Below the pieces are notes generated by a model that saw nothing but the letters and a program-made list of their open reading frames with translations, did no database searches and was not told the origin of the DNA. DNA of 64,000 bases. Origin: Giardia intestinalis (taxonomy: Eukaryota). The first letter of the stretch is position 1. Each line of letters begins with the position of its first letter. Made by a program: the position numbers and the translations under genes. This document shows positions 9,889 to 19,039 of the stretch, one piece after another. The stretch lies in assembly GCA_000002435.2 (NCBI GenBank), contig CM018791.1; one strand, written 5' to 3'.

Positions 9889-11808
9889 TTACTCTAACAG
9901 GGCCGCTGATGACCTGTCCCACAAGGGCTTTAGTTTTTCCCCAAGCTGATCCCATGGAAAGTCATCCTTCTTGACCTCCTGTTGGTTTGATTCTGAAACA
10001 ATGGGATTCGTGGCCTCTCGAGCTTCCCTGACTTCTTTGATTGGCGCTCCGCTTTCATTGGAGGCCGCCCCTATACTGTACTCCCTGCCATCCGTATACA
10101 TCGGAGCAGGGGCTGTCTTGAAATAACCTACCTCACCGGATTCAGGTTCAGCTCCGGACTGAGACATAGCTAAACCGGGCATGGTGGTTGTTCTTGTGGA
10201 GGAGAAGCCGTCCAGGAACTCTAGAGGCATTTTGACGGCCTGCTGAGAGGAGAATGGATCGATCTCTCCGAAGGATAATGGCGTCTCGTTGCGATTAATA
10301 CCGACGGCATTCTGCATGCCGCCGTACGGTGCGTACGCAGTAAACGAAGCATCGACTCCGAGTGGCATGGTATGCTGCATACTGTTGGGTACGAAGTTCA
10401 AGAAGCTGGGCACATGATGCATCTGCCCTTGAAAGCACATGCCCATGTTCGATATGGAGTTACCGCCGTTGCTCATATTGGAAGGGTACCCAACGTTAAT
10501 GCTATGATTGCACGACATGCTGGTTCCGTTGTGCGACAGTCCAGCGGGGTACTGACGGTGGTCATCGGTAGGTGGTACAGACTGCTGTCCCGCAGGAGGG
10601 ATGTTTTCGATGTACAGACCCGCTGAATGAGGCTGCTGCAGAGGAGTCCCGTTATCAGCAACCATGATAGGGGACGATTCATAACTTAACCGGTTACTCC
10701 GATGCGGAAACATGTTTCCTTGGGGGGCACCCACATAGTTATTAAGCGGCTGATCCTGCCTGAGCTGTTGATACATGGTCAGAGGAATGTGCTTAGAAAA
10801 ATCCCCGGAGGCAAGGGTATTGACCCCGCGCCAGTTCGGCGCATGCTGGGCCTGTGTTCTAAGATAATAAGAATTGGGGATCAAGGACGGGTCTGGAATG
10901 CTCGATAAGCCCAGGCCGCTGCCGTCCAGCACTTGCTTATTACCTCCAATGTCAATAGACGGAAAGGATAACCGCATGTTGTCACTGAGATGGGAGTCCA
11001 GACTTGCCCCCTCGCCCTCTTCGTATCCAACCGGGGTCTGCACCTCGGTGCCGTATGTGCGCGGCGTATAGTAGCCAGGGGTAGACGCGTGTGAGTGCAT
11101 TGTGCTGGTAAAGCCTACACTATGCGCTCCTGGGCCTATGTTAATATCGCTGTGGGACCCCCTGCTTTGTGGCGTGAGGGCTCCCATCCTGGATCCCGGC
11201 AAGCCAACAATGCTAGATCCGTGCGTTTTCTGCCCGTTGTATGCTACGTAATTCGGAGATGACGCGCCAGAAGTGCCCGAGTACATTAGCGTGCTTCCCT
11301 TCGTCCGACGCGCACAGAACTCATCTGTTATGTCTAGTCTTGTCTTCTTTCCAGAAAGAGATACTCCTGCCTTCATCATCGCCATCTTCACCGCCTTACT
11401 CCGGAGGATATTGTTATATGTCATAGTAAATTCCGCGCGATGGTACTCCTTGCTCATTCTGCTCTTGATTCGTGCTTGAAAATCGCTTGCCAGAATGCTT
11501 TTGTCCTCGATCCCTTTCAAGATCATATCTCTAATTATCTCTTTGTCATCAAAGGTGACCTTGGCATCTATAATCTTACGCAGATGGGTTTCATAATACC
11601 AGTGGTACGCACGGTTTCGATCGATGTTGACTGCTGAGGACACCTCCAGCCAGTTCACCCGCATTTGCGAAACATACCGATGAAGTATAAGAGGCTCGTT
11701 AAAAATAGTTTCAAACGGTGGGTGGTGGGGATTATTCCGCTCGATATATTTGGCGAGGGAACGCAAAATATCACGGTGCTGCTCGTCGTACGTAGAAGGA
11801 ATTGGCAT
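9889..11808 (-). CDS. hypothetical protein with a structured N-terminal domain and a long S/G/P/N/Y-rich low-complexity C-terminal half
   Basis: The ORF-track start at 11862 is a TTG. The first ATG is at 11808 (MPIPSTYDEQ...), preceded by GAATCAAAAAATAAAACCAGATACCAC. It is convergent with the SPEF1-like gene, with only 5 bp between the stops. Confidence 0.55.
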   Translation of the reverse strand: MPIPSTYDEQHRDILRSLAKYIERNNPHHPPFETIFNEPLILHRYVSQMRVNWLEVSSAVNIDRNRAYHWYYETHLRKIIDAKVTFDDKEIIRDMILKGIEDKSILASDFQARIKSRMSKEYHRAEFTMTYNNILRSKAVKMAMMKAGVSLSGKKTRLDITDEFCARRTKGSTLMYSGTSGASSPNYVAYNGQKTHGSSIVGLPGSRMGALTPQSRGSHSDINIGPGAHSVGFTSTMHSHASTPGYYTPRTYGTEVQTPVGYEEGEGASLDSHLSDNMRLSFPSIDIGGNKQVLDGSGLGLSSIPDPSLIPNSYYLRTQAQHAPNWRGVNTLASGDFSKHIPLTMYQQLRQDQPLNNYVGAPQGNMFPHRSNRLSYESSPIMVADNGTPLQQPHSAGLYIENIPPAGQQSVPPTDDHRQYPAGLSHNGTSMSCNHSINVGYPSNMSNGGNSISNMGMCFQGQMHHVPSFLNFVPNSMQHTMPLGVDASFTAYAPYGGMQNAVGINRNETPLSFGEIDPFSSQQAVKMPLEFLDGFSSTRTTTMPGLAMSQSGAEPESGEVGYFKTAPAPMYTDGREYSIGAASNESGAPIKEVREAREATNPIVSESNQQEVKKDDFPWDQLGEKLKPLWDRSSAALLE

Positions 11809-12092
11809 GTGGTATCTGGTTTTATTTTTTGATTCAAAAAAAGGTTCTTTGCGGAGGTACAACTAGATCACACAAGCTGGCCCCAGATGCTCCGTCACAG
11901 TTCTGTAACCCACTGATGTAACTTCTATGAAGAAATCCAAAGTACTGATGGGTGGAACATAAGAAGATGGCAGTCCTTTTACGTTCGTGCCCTCCACACT
12001 GCTGTGATACGAGCGATCCACCCGCTGACAGGGCTTGTCAACTTGACCATGTACAGCCTGACAGTGGAAATTCTAACTGAATCAATGAAACA

Positions 12093-14513
12093 ATGAAAAA
12101 ACTGGACCCCAGATTACTAGGCACCTCATCTAATGTTAATGAAAGGTGGTCAGGAAGTTCGTCTAGGCGGAGTGAGCTAGCTGCAGCCCGGAAGAGACTC
12201 ATAAATTTAAGTAACTACTATGGGACGTTGGAAACGCATAGCCACTCCTCATCTAAGTCTGAGGATCTTCTGGAGTCACTAGCCAACCTCTGCAGCGGTG
12301 ATAACGTAAATAAAACATTCGCACAGCTGATATCTAATAAGCAGAAGTGCCTAGAGCTTAAAGAAGCGTCAATATACTTCCCCGTCTCAGAGATGCTTCA
12401 ATTAATTCATATAGAAAATACGCAGCATACTAGCAATGTCCGTAACGAAGCCCGGGAGCTGCTGAAGAAGCACTCTCCGCAGGACGTTATTCTTTCCTGC
12501 TGGACTGGCCTCCTGAATCTTCTCCTATCCAAAGAGCACACTCCCAGTGGATATCCAGAGCCAGCATTCGGCTCTAACTTCTCCACATACGTATCTGAGG
12601 ATCTCTGTGCAGCCGATCACGACTCCACAAACTTCTCGGATCAGTGCTTCGACGGCTGGACAGACTTGCTTCAAATTCTGGGAGAGGTCGACCAGATCTA
12701 TATTCGTATAGATATGCACGGCGAACCTGAATTGGCACAAAGCATACCAGGCCTGCCTACCGTCCTAGAAAACGTAGCGCTTACTCTCACGGACGTCCTC
12801 TGCACAAAGATCCAGGATCGTGATAATGAAATGCACTGTCTCCTCAATCTGATAGTATACGACATCTCGCTAAACTACTCTCCGATCCAGCACAACGGCA
12901 TCCTTCAGGGCATTCGGACTCTCTTGCTCATAGACTGCAGAAAGGACGAGGTAGACGACGACACGCACTACGATTTTTTCTCTTATCCAAACATAGAAAC
13001 CTTTGGTCTTCTTAACTCGACAATACCGCTGGCATTAGTCAAATGTCTTGAAGGCTCCACGCCGCCAATAGTAAGAGCAGGCGCGTCTTCGCAATACACG
13101 CAGACAGGGATCAAGCGCCTCTGGCTCAACGAGTCAATCATATGCGGAGATGTACGTTCCGATGAGGAGCCTCTCACACGAGCAAAATTAGCACTACACT
13201 ATCTGCTGACTTCTGTAACAAATCTCACCCTTTCCCGTCAACTGCGTGACTTGTGTCTACCGGCAGACCTTCCTCTGGAAGCCTACGAGTTCCTCCTTGA
13301 CCACGGTATATCGGGGATTCTTTTCATGAACCTCAGGAATCTGACTATACATAAGCTCAATCAGCCAGTAAGCCTTGCAACGTATATACCAGACCAGACG
13401 AAGGGGCGAGCTAATCTTGAAACCTTCTACGCTAGCCGCCTCCAATCGAATAACACAACCGTCGCGGAATTCTTGGCCAGCTCTAACCTTGAAGGATTGC
13501 TAATTGACCCCTACCCTGCTCTTACCTTTAATTCTGAGGAACAGAACAGGTACCAGGGGGCTCTTTCTTTGTTTGCACGCAAAGCAACGGCGTCGACTAT
13601 CCGTCAAGATGCTTGTTTCTCTTCTCAATCCATCCACCAACGATGCATAACCTCCGCTGCAGCGCGGTGCATTCCTAATACAGAGTTCTCTGCAGACGAG
13701 CTGATGATGCTCGACAGAAGGGTTCCGGCCAAGTGCGGCATACTGCTTTGCGGTGCATTAGAGACAGATGTAGCTCTTAGCATAGCGACTTCTTTGTCTT
13801 ATCTTCTAATTCCTTACGAGGCAGGCAAACTGGACTACTCTCCCACCTGTCGCCTGGTGACAGAAACACTGGTCAGACTACACGCCCTAAGTTTGCAATT
13901 CAGTAATGACTGTTATACTTGCAAATCACAGGTGTTATGTTACACTCCTTTTGCTCATGTAACACGAATAGTAGACCCAAATCACGAAAGACTGAAGCAC
14001 ATGCGTGCGATTCTTACGACTTATACATCAGGGACCCCTGGGCCCGAAATCGGAGATCCAGTCAATGAAGCTTTGGCAAATCTTTGCCTTGATACATTGG
14101 AACACTGTTTGAAATTTCGCGAAAGAGACGATCTGGATTTCAGCTGTAGAAGCCAGGGAACGGACTCTAAAACTGGCCCTACCATCACCCTTGTTGCCGG
14201 CTCGGGGAGTGTCCACACCATTGTTGCGCTTACCCTGGTCATCTTGCTAGAGATGGGCTTTGCAGGACCAATGTCCATTGACTTGCGTCCAGGCATCCTT
14301 CTCGCGAGTATGCGTAATTCACAAAACTATATTGAGAAGTATCTTTCCCAGATAGCGTTGTTTCCATTTATCAAAAAAATAGCTCTTCCGGCGGACGCCA
14401 CGATGCTTCGCTTGAACAACGCCTCTCGGAAGTTTGTGGTTTTTGATGAGGACAACAATGAAAAGCCTTTTGCAACGCAGGTCCATGGAGCTAGGCGGAT
14501 TTTCAAAAGGTAG
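12093..14513 (+). CDS. hypothetical protein (806 aa)
   Basis: Long ORF with ATG in an A-rich context (ATGAAACAATGAAAAAACTGG). It is divergent from the 9889-11808 gene, with about 284 bp between them. No recognisable motif. Confidence 0.6.
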   Translation: MKKLDPRLLGTSSNVNERWSGSSSRRSELAAARKRLINLSNYYGTLETHSHSSSKSEDLLESLANLCSGDNVNKTFAQLISNKQKCLELKEASIYFPVSEMLQLIHIENTQHTSNVRNEARELLKKHSPQDVILSCWTGLLNLLLSKEHTPSGYPEPAFGSNFSTYVSEDLCAADHDSTNFSDQCFDGWTDLLQILGEVDQIYIRIDMHGEPELAQSIPGLPTVLENVALTLTDVLCTKIQDRDNEMHCLLNLIVYDISLNYSPIQHNGILQGIRTLLLIDCRKDEVDDDTHYDFFSYPNIETFGLLNSTIPLALVKCLEGSTPPIVRAGASSQYTQTGIKRLWLNESIICGDVRSDEEPLTRAKLALHYLLTSVTNLTLSRQLRDLCLPADLPLEAYEFLLDHGISGILFMNLRNLTIHKLNQPVSLATYIPDQTKGRANLETFYASRLQSNNTTVAEFLASSNLEGLLIDPYPALTFNSEEQNRYQGALSLFARKATASTIRQDACFSSQSIHQRCITSAAARCIPNTEFSADELMMLDRRVPAKCGILLCGALETDVALSIATSLSYLLIPYEAGKLDYSPTCRLVTETLVRLHALSLQFSNDCYTCKSQVLCYTPFAHVTRIVDPNHERLKHMRAILTTYTSGTPGPEIGDPVNEALANLCLDTLEHCLKFRERDDLDFSCRSQGTDSKTGPTITLVAGSGSVHTIVALTLVILLEMGFAGPMSIDLRPGILLASMRNSQNYIEKYLSQIALFPFIKKIALPADATMLRLNNASRKFVVFDEDNNEKPFATQVHGARRIFKR

Positions 14514-14583
14514 CCGTGGTAATTGGTAAATGTTACCATTTAGCGAAATTTTGTGATACAAAATTAAAAGGTCGGCCGCGTCC

Positions 14584-17500
14584 ATGCACCCAGTCGGAAG
14601 CATGGATAAGGTGCACCATCTCAACTCGCGGATCATCACACTGACTGCGACTGTTGCGAGTCTGCAGACCGCAAATGGGCAATCTCAGCAAACAATCGAG
14701 AGACTCGGCCGTGAGCTGCAAGCGGCGCGCACGCAGATATCAGAGCTAAAGCACGAGTTACAAGAGAGTGAGGATTTGATGTACGCTGGGTCACGGACAT
14801 GCGAGAAACTCTCCAACGAAATCGCCCGCGTCCGCGGTGAAAACGCAAAGCTCCAAGATGAGTTAGCAGAAGCAAAACGGCAAGCCTCTGCAGCTCTCCA
14901 CGAGAAGTCCCAGAACGAGAATCTCCTTGCCAGTACTGTAATGCATCTTCATACAAAGCTTCAAGACGCCGAGAAAACCGAGGCTCTCCTTTCAAACTCA
15001 ATAGCATCTCTTCAATCTCAGCCGTCCGCTCAATTACAACAGGCACAGGCCCTTTTTGAAAAATGCTGCGTGCTAGAAGGAGAAAACACTAGACTGAAGG
15101 ATGTAATTCATCGTTATGAAGCTACCGCGCAGGAACTGCAGACCCGGCTGTCCGTGCTGTCCAGCGACCACCTGAAGCTGGAGTTCGAGTACAAGACGGT
15201 CCAGAAACAGAGGGAGCTGCTTGCAGTAAACTTGAGGGAGCTGCAGTCCCGGGCCTTGCACCTGATGACAAAGGCCAGCGTCCTCGAGCTGGAGGCCCAG
15301 AGCAAGCAGCTACAGATGCAGGCGGACTCTGCAACCGAGATCAGCGTTACGCAGGACGGCCGGCGGCCCCTGAGCGCAGCTTCGGAGGGCGTGTTCGGGG
15401 CCCTGAGCCTCCACCCCGACGAGCCGAGCACAGACCTGCCACCGCGCGCAGGGTCGACCATCTCTGCCCCCCGGGGCGCGTCGCAACCCCTGCCAGCGTA
15501 CGAGGAGGAGAACAAGCGCCTGCAGGCAATCGTGGAGGACCTGTCTGCAAAGGTCTCCCAGCTCTCTGAGTGTAGTGCACAGGCGCAGAAGGCGCTGGCA
15601 GAAAGCACGCGGCTCCGGGAGGAGCTGAGGGAGAAGGACCTCCTCATCAGCGAGCTACGCAGCCAGTCCCCCGTTAGCGTGCAACACAACGCTCCAGTGA
15701 TCACAACAATTATTCCCACCGACCCAACGGAAGACCTGCATGTCCTCAACGAGAAGTACGTCATCGAAATCACAAACTTGAAGAGGACTCTGCGAGAAAA
15801 GGAGAACGAGGAGATCCTGCTTCGGCAGAGATCCGATCAGTTGGCGTCCGACCTCTCAGAGCTCCAGTCTAGGATGATGTCTCATCCATCCCAAACATCA
15901 GACCATCTTGTTGAGAAGATTGAGACCCTCAGCGCAGACAATGCAACGTTGCGGGCCGCGCTAGCTAAACTTGAAGAAGAGCAAGTATCTCTCGCCGCTG
16001 ACCGTGTGCGGCTCAAACGCCGTGTCAATGAGCTAGTAGCATATAGCAAGAAGATACGCGCGATCCTTCAGAGTGTGCACGGTAAGCTTATGTATGCCGG
16101 CTCTAAGGGGTACCTGTACCGAGAGGAGATCGATGCATTGGTGATGGAGATATCTGGGGCATTTATGGATAAAGTTAGTCTTCAAGAAGCCACTTTAACT
16201 GCCAGTGAAGCTAACACTCCCACGCTCTCGGGGGTGTCACAGCGACGAGGATCTATTGTGAATGCAAACCAATCTCCTCCAAGAATACCACCTCGTAGTG
16301 AAAAGTCACGCAAGCCATCTGCCTCCGAGCGTGAAGACTGTGGTCCATCAATTACGGACTCATTGGCGGAACCGATGATTCTCCAGCCGGTGGTTCCTAG
16401 ATCCCTTGGTCGGAGCACCGGGCCTCGAAAGAGGGAGTCTGAGGAAGAAAGTCGCGTAACTCCGCGGCCAGGAAACTCCCTTGCAGAGTCTAGTTACAAG
16501 CGCATCACATCATCTGTTGAGAAGCGTGCACACACTTCATATGTGCGGCGACCCAATGAGTTTGAGGAATACTATGGGAAGAGTGGTCCTATAGAGCCTC
16601 TAGGTTCTGCTTCTGGCCGCAGATTTGAAAGCCCTGCCCTACGGTCCGCTTCCTCATTCTCTGCGCTTCCCGATAGAAACTCCTCTAAGGCAAGCAACAC
16701 TACACTAGGCTCAGTCTCTCTCTTCCTGGCCCAGAAGACCGAATCTCCGGTGTGCATCCAGCAGCACCCTCCGAAGCAGAAGACTCCAGAACGAAGCATG
16801 TCTTCAAACGATTTAGCGACTTCCATCGGACGGCGCAAACCACTCATCTCTGTTGAGTCCCCAGACCTTGAGCTTCAGTGCGAAGACCCGAAGAAAGCCG
16901 TTGTGGAGGTTCATGATCCTGTCCACGATGTGCAGTTAGAAGAACCTGATCAGAGAATATCTGAAAATTATCTGCAGGACGTAGACGATGATGGTTATGT
17001 AAGTAGGGTTGATAGCTACACCGGCCCCACAAACGAGAGCATGGAGCTGGAAGACTTTAACGATGAAAACGTTACCGAAGGCTCAACCATTATTCCTGAT
17101 TCAACAAATAGTGGCGAGCTAGACATCTCTTTGGCGCATGCCATATCCGTGGCCTCAAATCCATCCTATGCAGTCCAGAATGCTACTCTTGGCTCCTATT
17201 TCGAAGAGGAACCGCATGTGGATGAGCATATGCAAAATATCACTGCGAATAGGACCCCAGAGTCCCTCGCACACCACCGACAACAGGCACGAGAAGCGGG
17301 AGAGCTAGTTGGGAGCTTAACCCTCAGCAGATTTGAGGGTGGTACCCCTGTCCGCCCTACTAATGCAACCACTCTTGCAGCAGAAACAATGATCGATAAA
17401 GATATTAACCAATCCAGTGTTAGCATGGCACATGTTAGTCTAGAGCAGAGTCTTACCGAGAGCGGCTTGGCACGGCCACAGATCAGTGTTCCCGATGACA

Positions 17501-18384
17501 GCAGCGACACCTTTGACTTTGGAAAGCTAGGAGTACAGGGGCTACTGGTCCCAGAGCAGGCCAAGACGTCTCCGCTGCGGAAACGAGCAGTTGCGAGGCA
17601 GAGCTTAGCTCAGGAAAGCGAGCACGGCGCTTTTACAAATCAAAGTATCTCCCAGCAGCCTGCAATAGCGTCTGGGTCTCTTTGCAGCGCTAATGATATA
17701 AATAGATTGTCTCCTCCCAGGGCATCTCCTAGTTCTTTTGCACAAAGGCCTCCCCCATCTGGAAGAATTGCGAACGGCTCCTCGCATGATCTGCCCAATC
17801 CGGTGTCATATGAAAGGTCTGCACCCATGACTGACGTGGATCTCAACTATTATTCGGATAGCTACTCTGTACAAGGCCAAGGACTCGGGGAGCCTCATCC
17901 CAGTAGTCAGCAGCGCAGTCTGCAACCATCTGGTCGCAAGATCATCCCGCCCGATGACACCTTGAACGAATTTATCGACAGTCCAGAGATCACTATAAAG
18001 CCCTCCACAGCCCCGCGACTCGACGACATGCAGGATCTCGACCCAGACTCGCACTACCTTCTGGAGGAGAAAAGCGTGCATCAAAAGACGCCAACTACAA
18101 GAAAGCTAGAGGCCTGGGAGATGGACTTTGTCGATGAAAAGAAGCCCGCCGGCAGGGTAGAGGGTGGGATGGCCGACTCTACTCTTGATTACTTGGCCAA
18201 CATGAGCGGAGCTGAAATGGATTTCTATGACAGCAAGCAGTTCGAGGGAGGAGCGTCACTGGAGCGGAGCGCGCAGGGAGGAGCCATGGGGGAGGGCCTG
18301 GCCAGTAGAAGCTTGAGCATAGGCGTCGGGAACGCAGTTAATGAGCCACTCTCCACCTTCAACGAGCTTGACATAGACCTGTAG
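14584..18384 (+). CDS. large protein: N-terminal coiled coil of about 400 aa, then an S/P-rich acidic disordered region
   Basis: 1266-aa ORF with ATG start. Heptad-rich N-terminus (LQ..L...ELK). A GC-rich stretch around 15300-15700 produces long spurious antisense ORFs. The C-terminal half is low complexity. Confidence 0.6.
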   Translation: MHPVGSMDKVHHLNSRIITLTATVASLQTANGQSQQTIERLGRELQAARTQISELKHELQESEDLMYAGSRTCEKLSNEIARVRGENAKLQDELAEAKRQASAALHEKSQNENLLASTVMHLHTKLQDAEKTEALLSNSIASLQSQPSAQLQQAQALFEKCCVLEGENTRLKDVIHRYEATAQELQTRLSVLSSDHLKLEFEYKTVQKQRELLAVNLRELQSRALHLMTKASVLELEAQSKQLQMQADSATEISVTQDGRRPLSAASEGVFGALSLHPDEPSTDLPPRAGSTISAPRGASQPLPAYEEENKRLQAIVEDLSAKVSQLSECSAQAQKALAESTRLREELREKDLLISELRSQSPVSVQHNAPVITTIIPTDPTEDLHVLNEKYVIEITNLKRTLREKENEEILLRQRSDQLASDLSELQSRMMSHPSQTSDHLVEKIETLSADNATLRAALAKLEEEQVSLAADRVRLKRRVNELVAYSKKIRAILQSVHGKLMYAGSKGYLYREEIDALVMEISGAFMDKVSLQEATLTASEANTPTLSGVSQRRGSIVNANQSPPRIPPRSEKSRKPSASEREDCGPSITDSLAEPMILQPVVPRSLGRSTGPRKRESEEESRVTPRPGNSLAESSYKRITSSVEKRAHTSYVRRPNEFEEYYGKSGPIEPLGSASGRRFESPALRSASSFSALPDRNSSKASNTTLGSVSLFLAQKTESPVCIQQHPPKQKTPERSMSSNDLATSIGRRKPLISVESPDLELQCEDPKKAVVEVHDPVHDVQLEEPDQRISENYLQDVDDDGYVSRVDSYTGPTNESMELEDFNDENVTEGSTIIPDSTNSGELDISLAHAISVASNPSYAVQNATLGSYFEEEPHVDEHMQNITANRTPESLAHHRQQAREAGELVGSLTLSRFEGGTPVRPTNATTLAAETMIDKDINQSSVSMAHVSLEQSLTESGLARPQISVPDDSSDTFDFGKLGVQGLLVPEQAKTSPLRKRAVARQSLAQESEHGAFTNQSISQQPAIASGSLCSANDINRLSPPRASPSSFAQRPPPSGRIANGSSHDLPNPVSYERSAPMTDVDLNYYSDSYSVQGQGLGEPHPSSQQRSLQPSGRKIIPPDDTLNEFIDSPEITIKPSTAPRLDDMQDLDPDSHYLLEEKSVHQKTPTTRKLEAWEMDFVDEKKPAGRVEGGMADSTLDYLANMSGAEMDFYDSKQFEGGASLERSAQGGAMGEGLASRSLSIGVGNAVNEPLSTFNELDIDL

Positions 18385-18412
18385 CAACTGCGTCCGTGCC
18401 AAAATTAATTCT

Positions 18413-18991
18413 ATGGCCGCCGCACCAGACCCCATCGCGTCTCCCCGCTATCTGAGTTCGACTGAACAGGCCATGCACTTGTTCAACGATTTGCAGCATA
18501 GCGTAGACGCACATCATCAGCTCATGCAAGCGGTTGAGCGTAAGAGCCTCAAAGACATCCGCGCTCACTTAGACCAAGCAGGGACGCTTGACAAGGCCGG
18601 CTGGTCTGCGCTTGGCCTAGCAGCAAAGATGAGATATGATGAGGGAGTACGAGAGCTCGCCCCCCTTGAGAAGCAGCTCCACATGGATGTGAGACTCAAG
18701 ATGGGATCGATGACGGTTACTAGGCCTACCGCGCTCATTCTTGCTGCATACTACAATTACCAGTCCATTATAGAGATTCTTCTTGACTTTGAGTCTGGTG
18801 CTACGGACGGCGAGGGGCGTGTCGCCCTTGTGCACGCCAGTGCCATGGGTAACCTTGAGGCCGTTAAGCTCTTGGCTCCGCGTGAGGGCGATCTGTACGC
18901 CGAGGACGCCCTCAAGGTCTGCTGCTCTGAAGCAAAAAGTTCTCCACATAAATCCAAAATAGAGGAGTTACTTAGATCGTACATAATGTAA
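18413..18991 (+). CDS. small ankyrin-repeat protein
   Basis: ATG in context AAAATTAATTCTATGG. It begins only about 28 bp after the stop of the previous gene. Ankyrin-like units: ALILAAYYNYQSIIEILL and ALVHASAMGNLEAVKLLA. Confidence 0.5.
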   Translation: MAAAPDPIASPRYLSSTEQAMHLFNDLQHSVDAHHQLMQAVERKSLKDIRAHLDQAGTLDKAGWSALGLAAKMRYDEGVRELAPLEKQLHMDVRLKMGSMTVTRPTALILAAYYNYQSIIEILLDFESGATDGEGRVALVHASAMGNLEAVKLLAPREGDLYAEDALKVCCSEAKSSPHKSKIEELLRSYIM

Positions 18992-19039
18992 TGTAAATTT
19001 ACAATCGCATTACGAGCCATTGATGTAGTGGATTTGCAC

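Noticed and set aside
15114-15773. 219-aa and shorter ORFs on the minus strand inside the 14584-18384 gene
   Set aside because: They are an artefact of a GC-rich, stop-poor stretch. The plus-strand frame is continuous for 1266 aa with coherent coiled-coil sequence.
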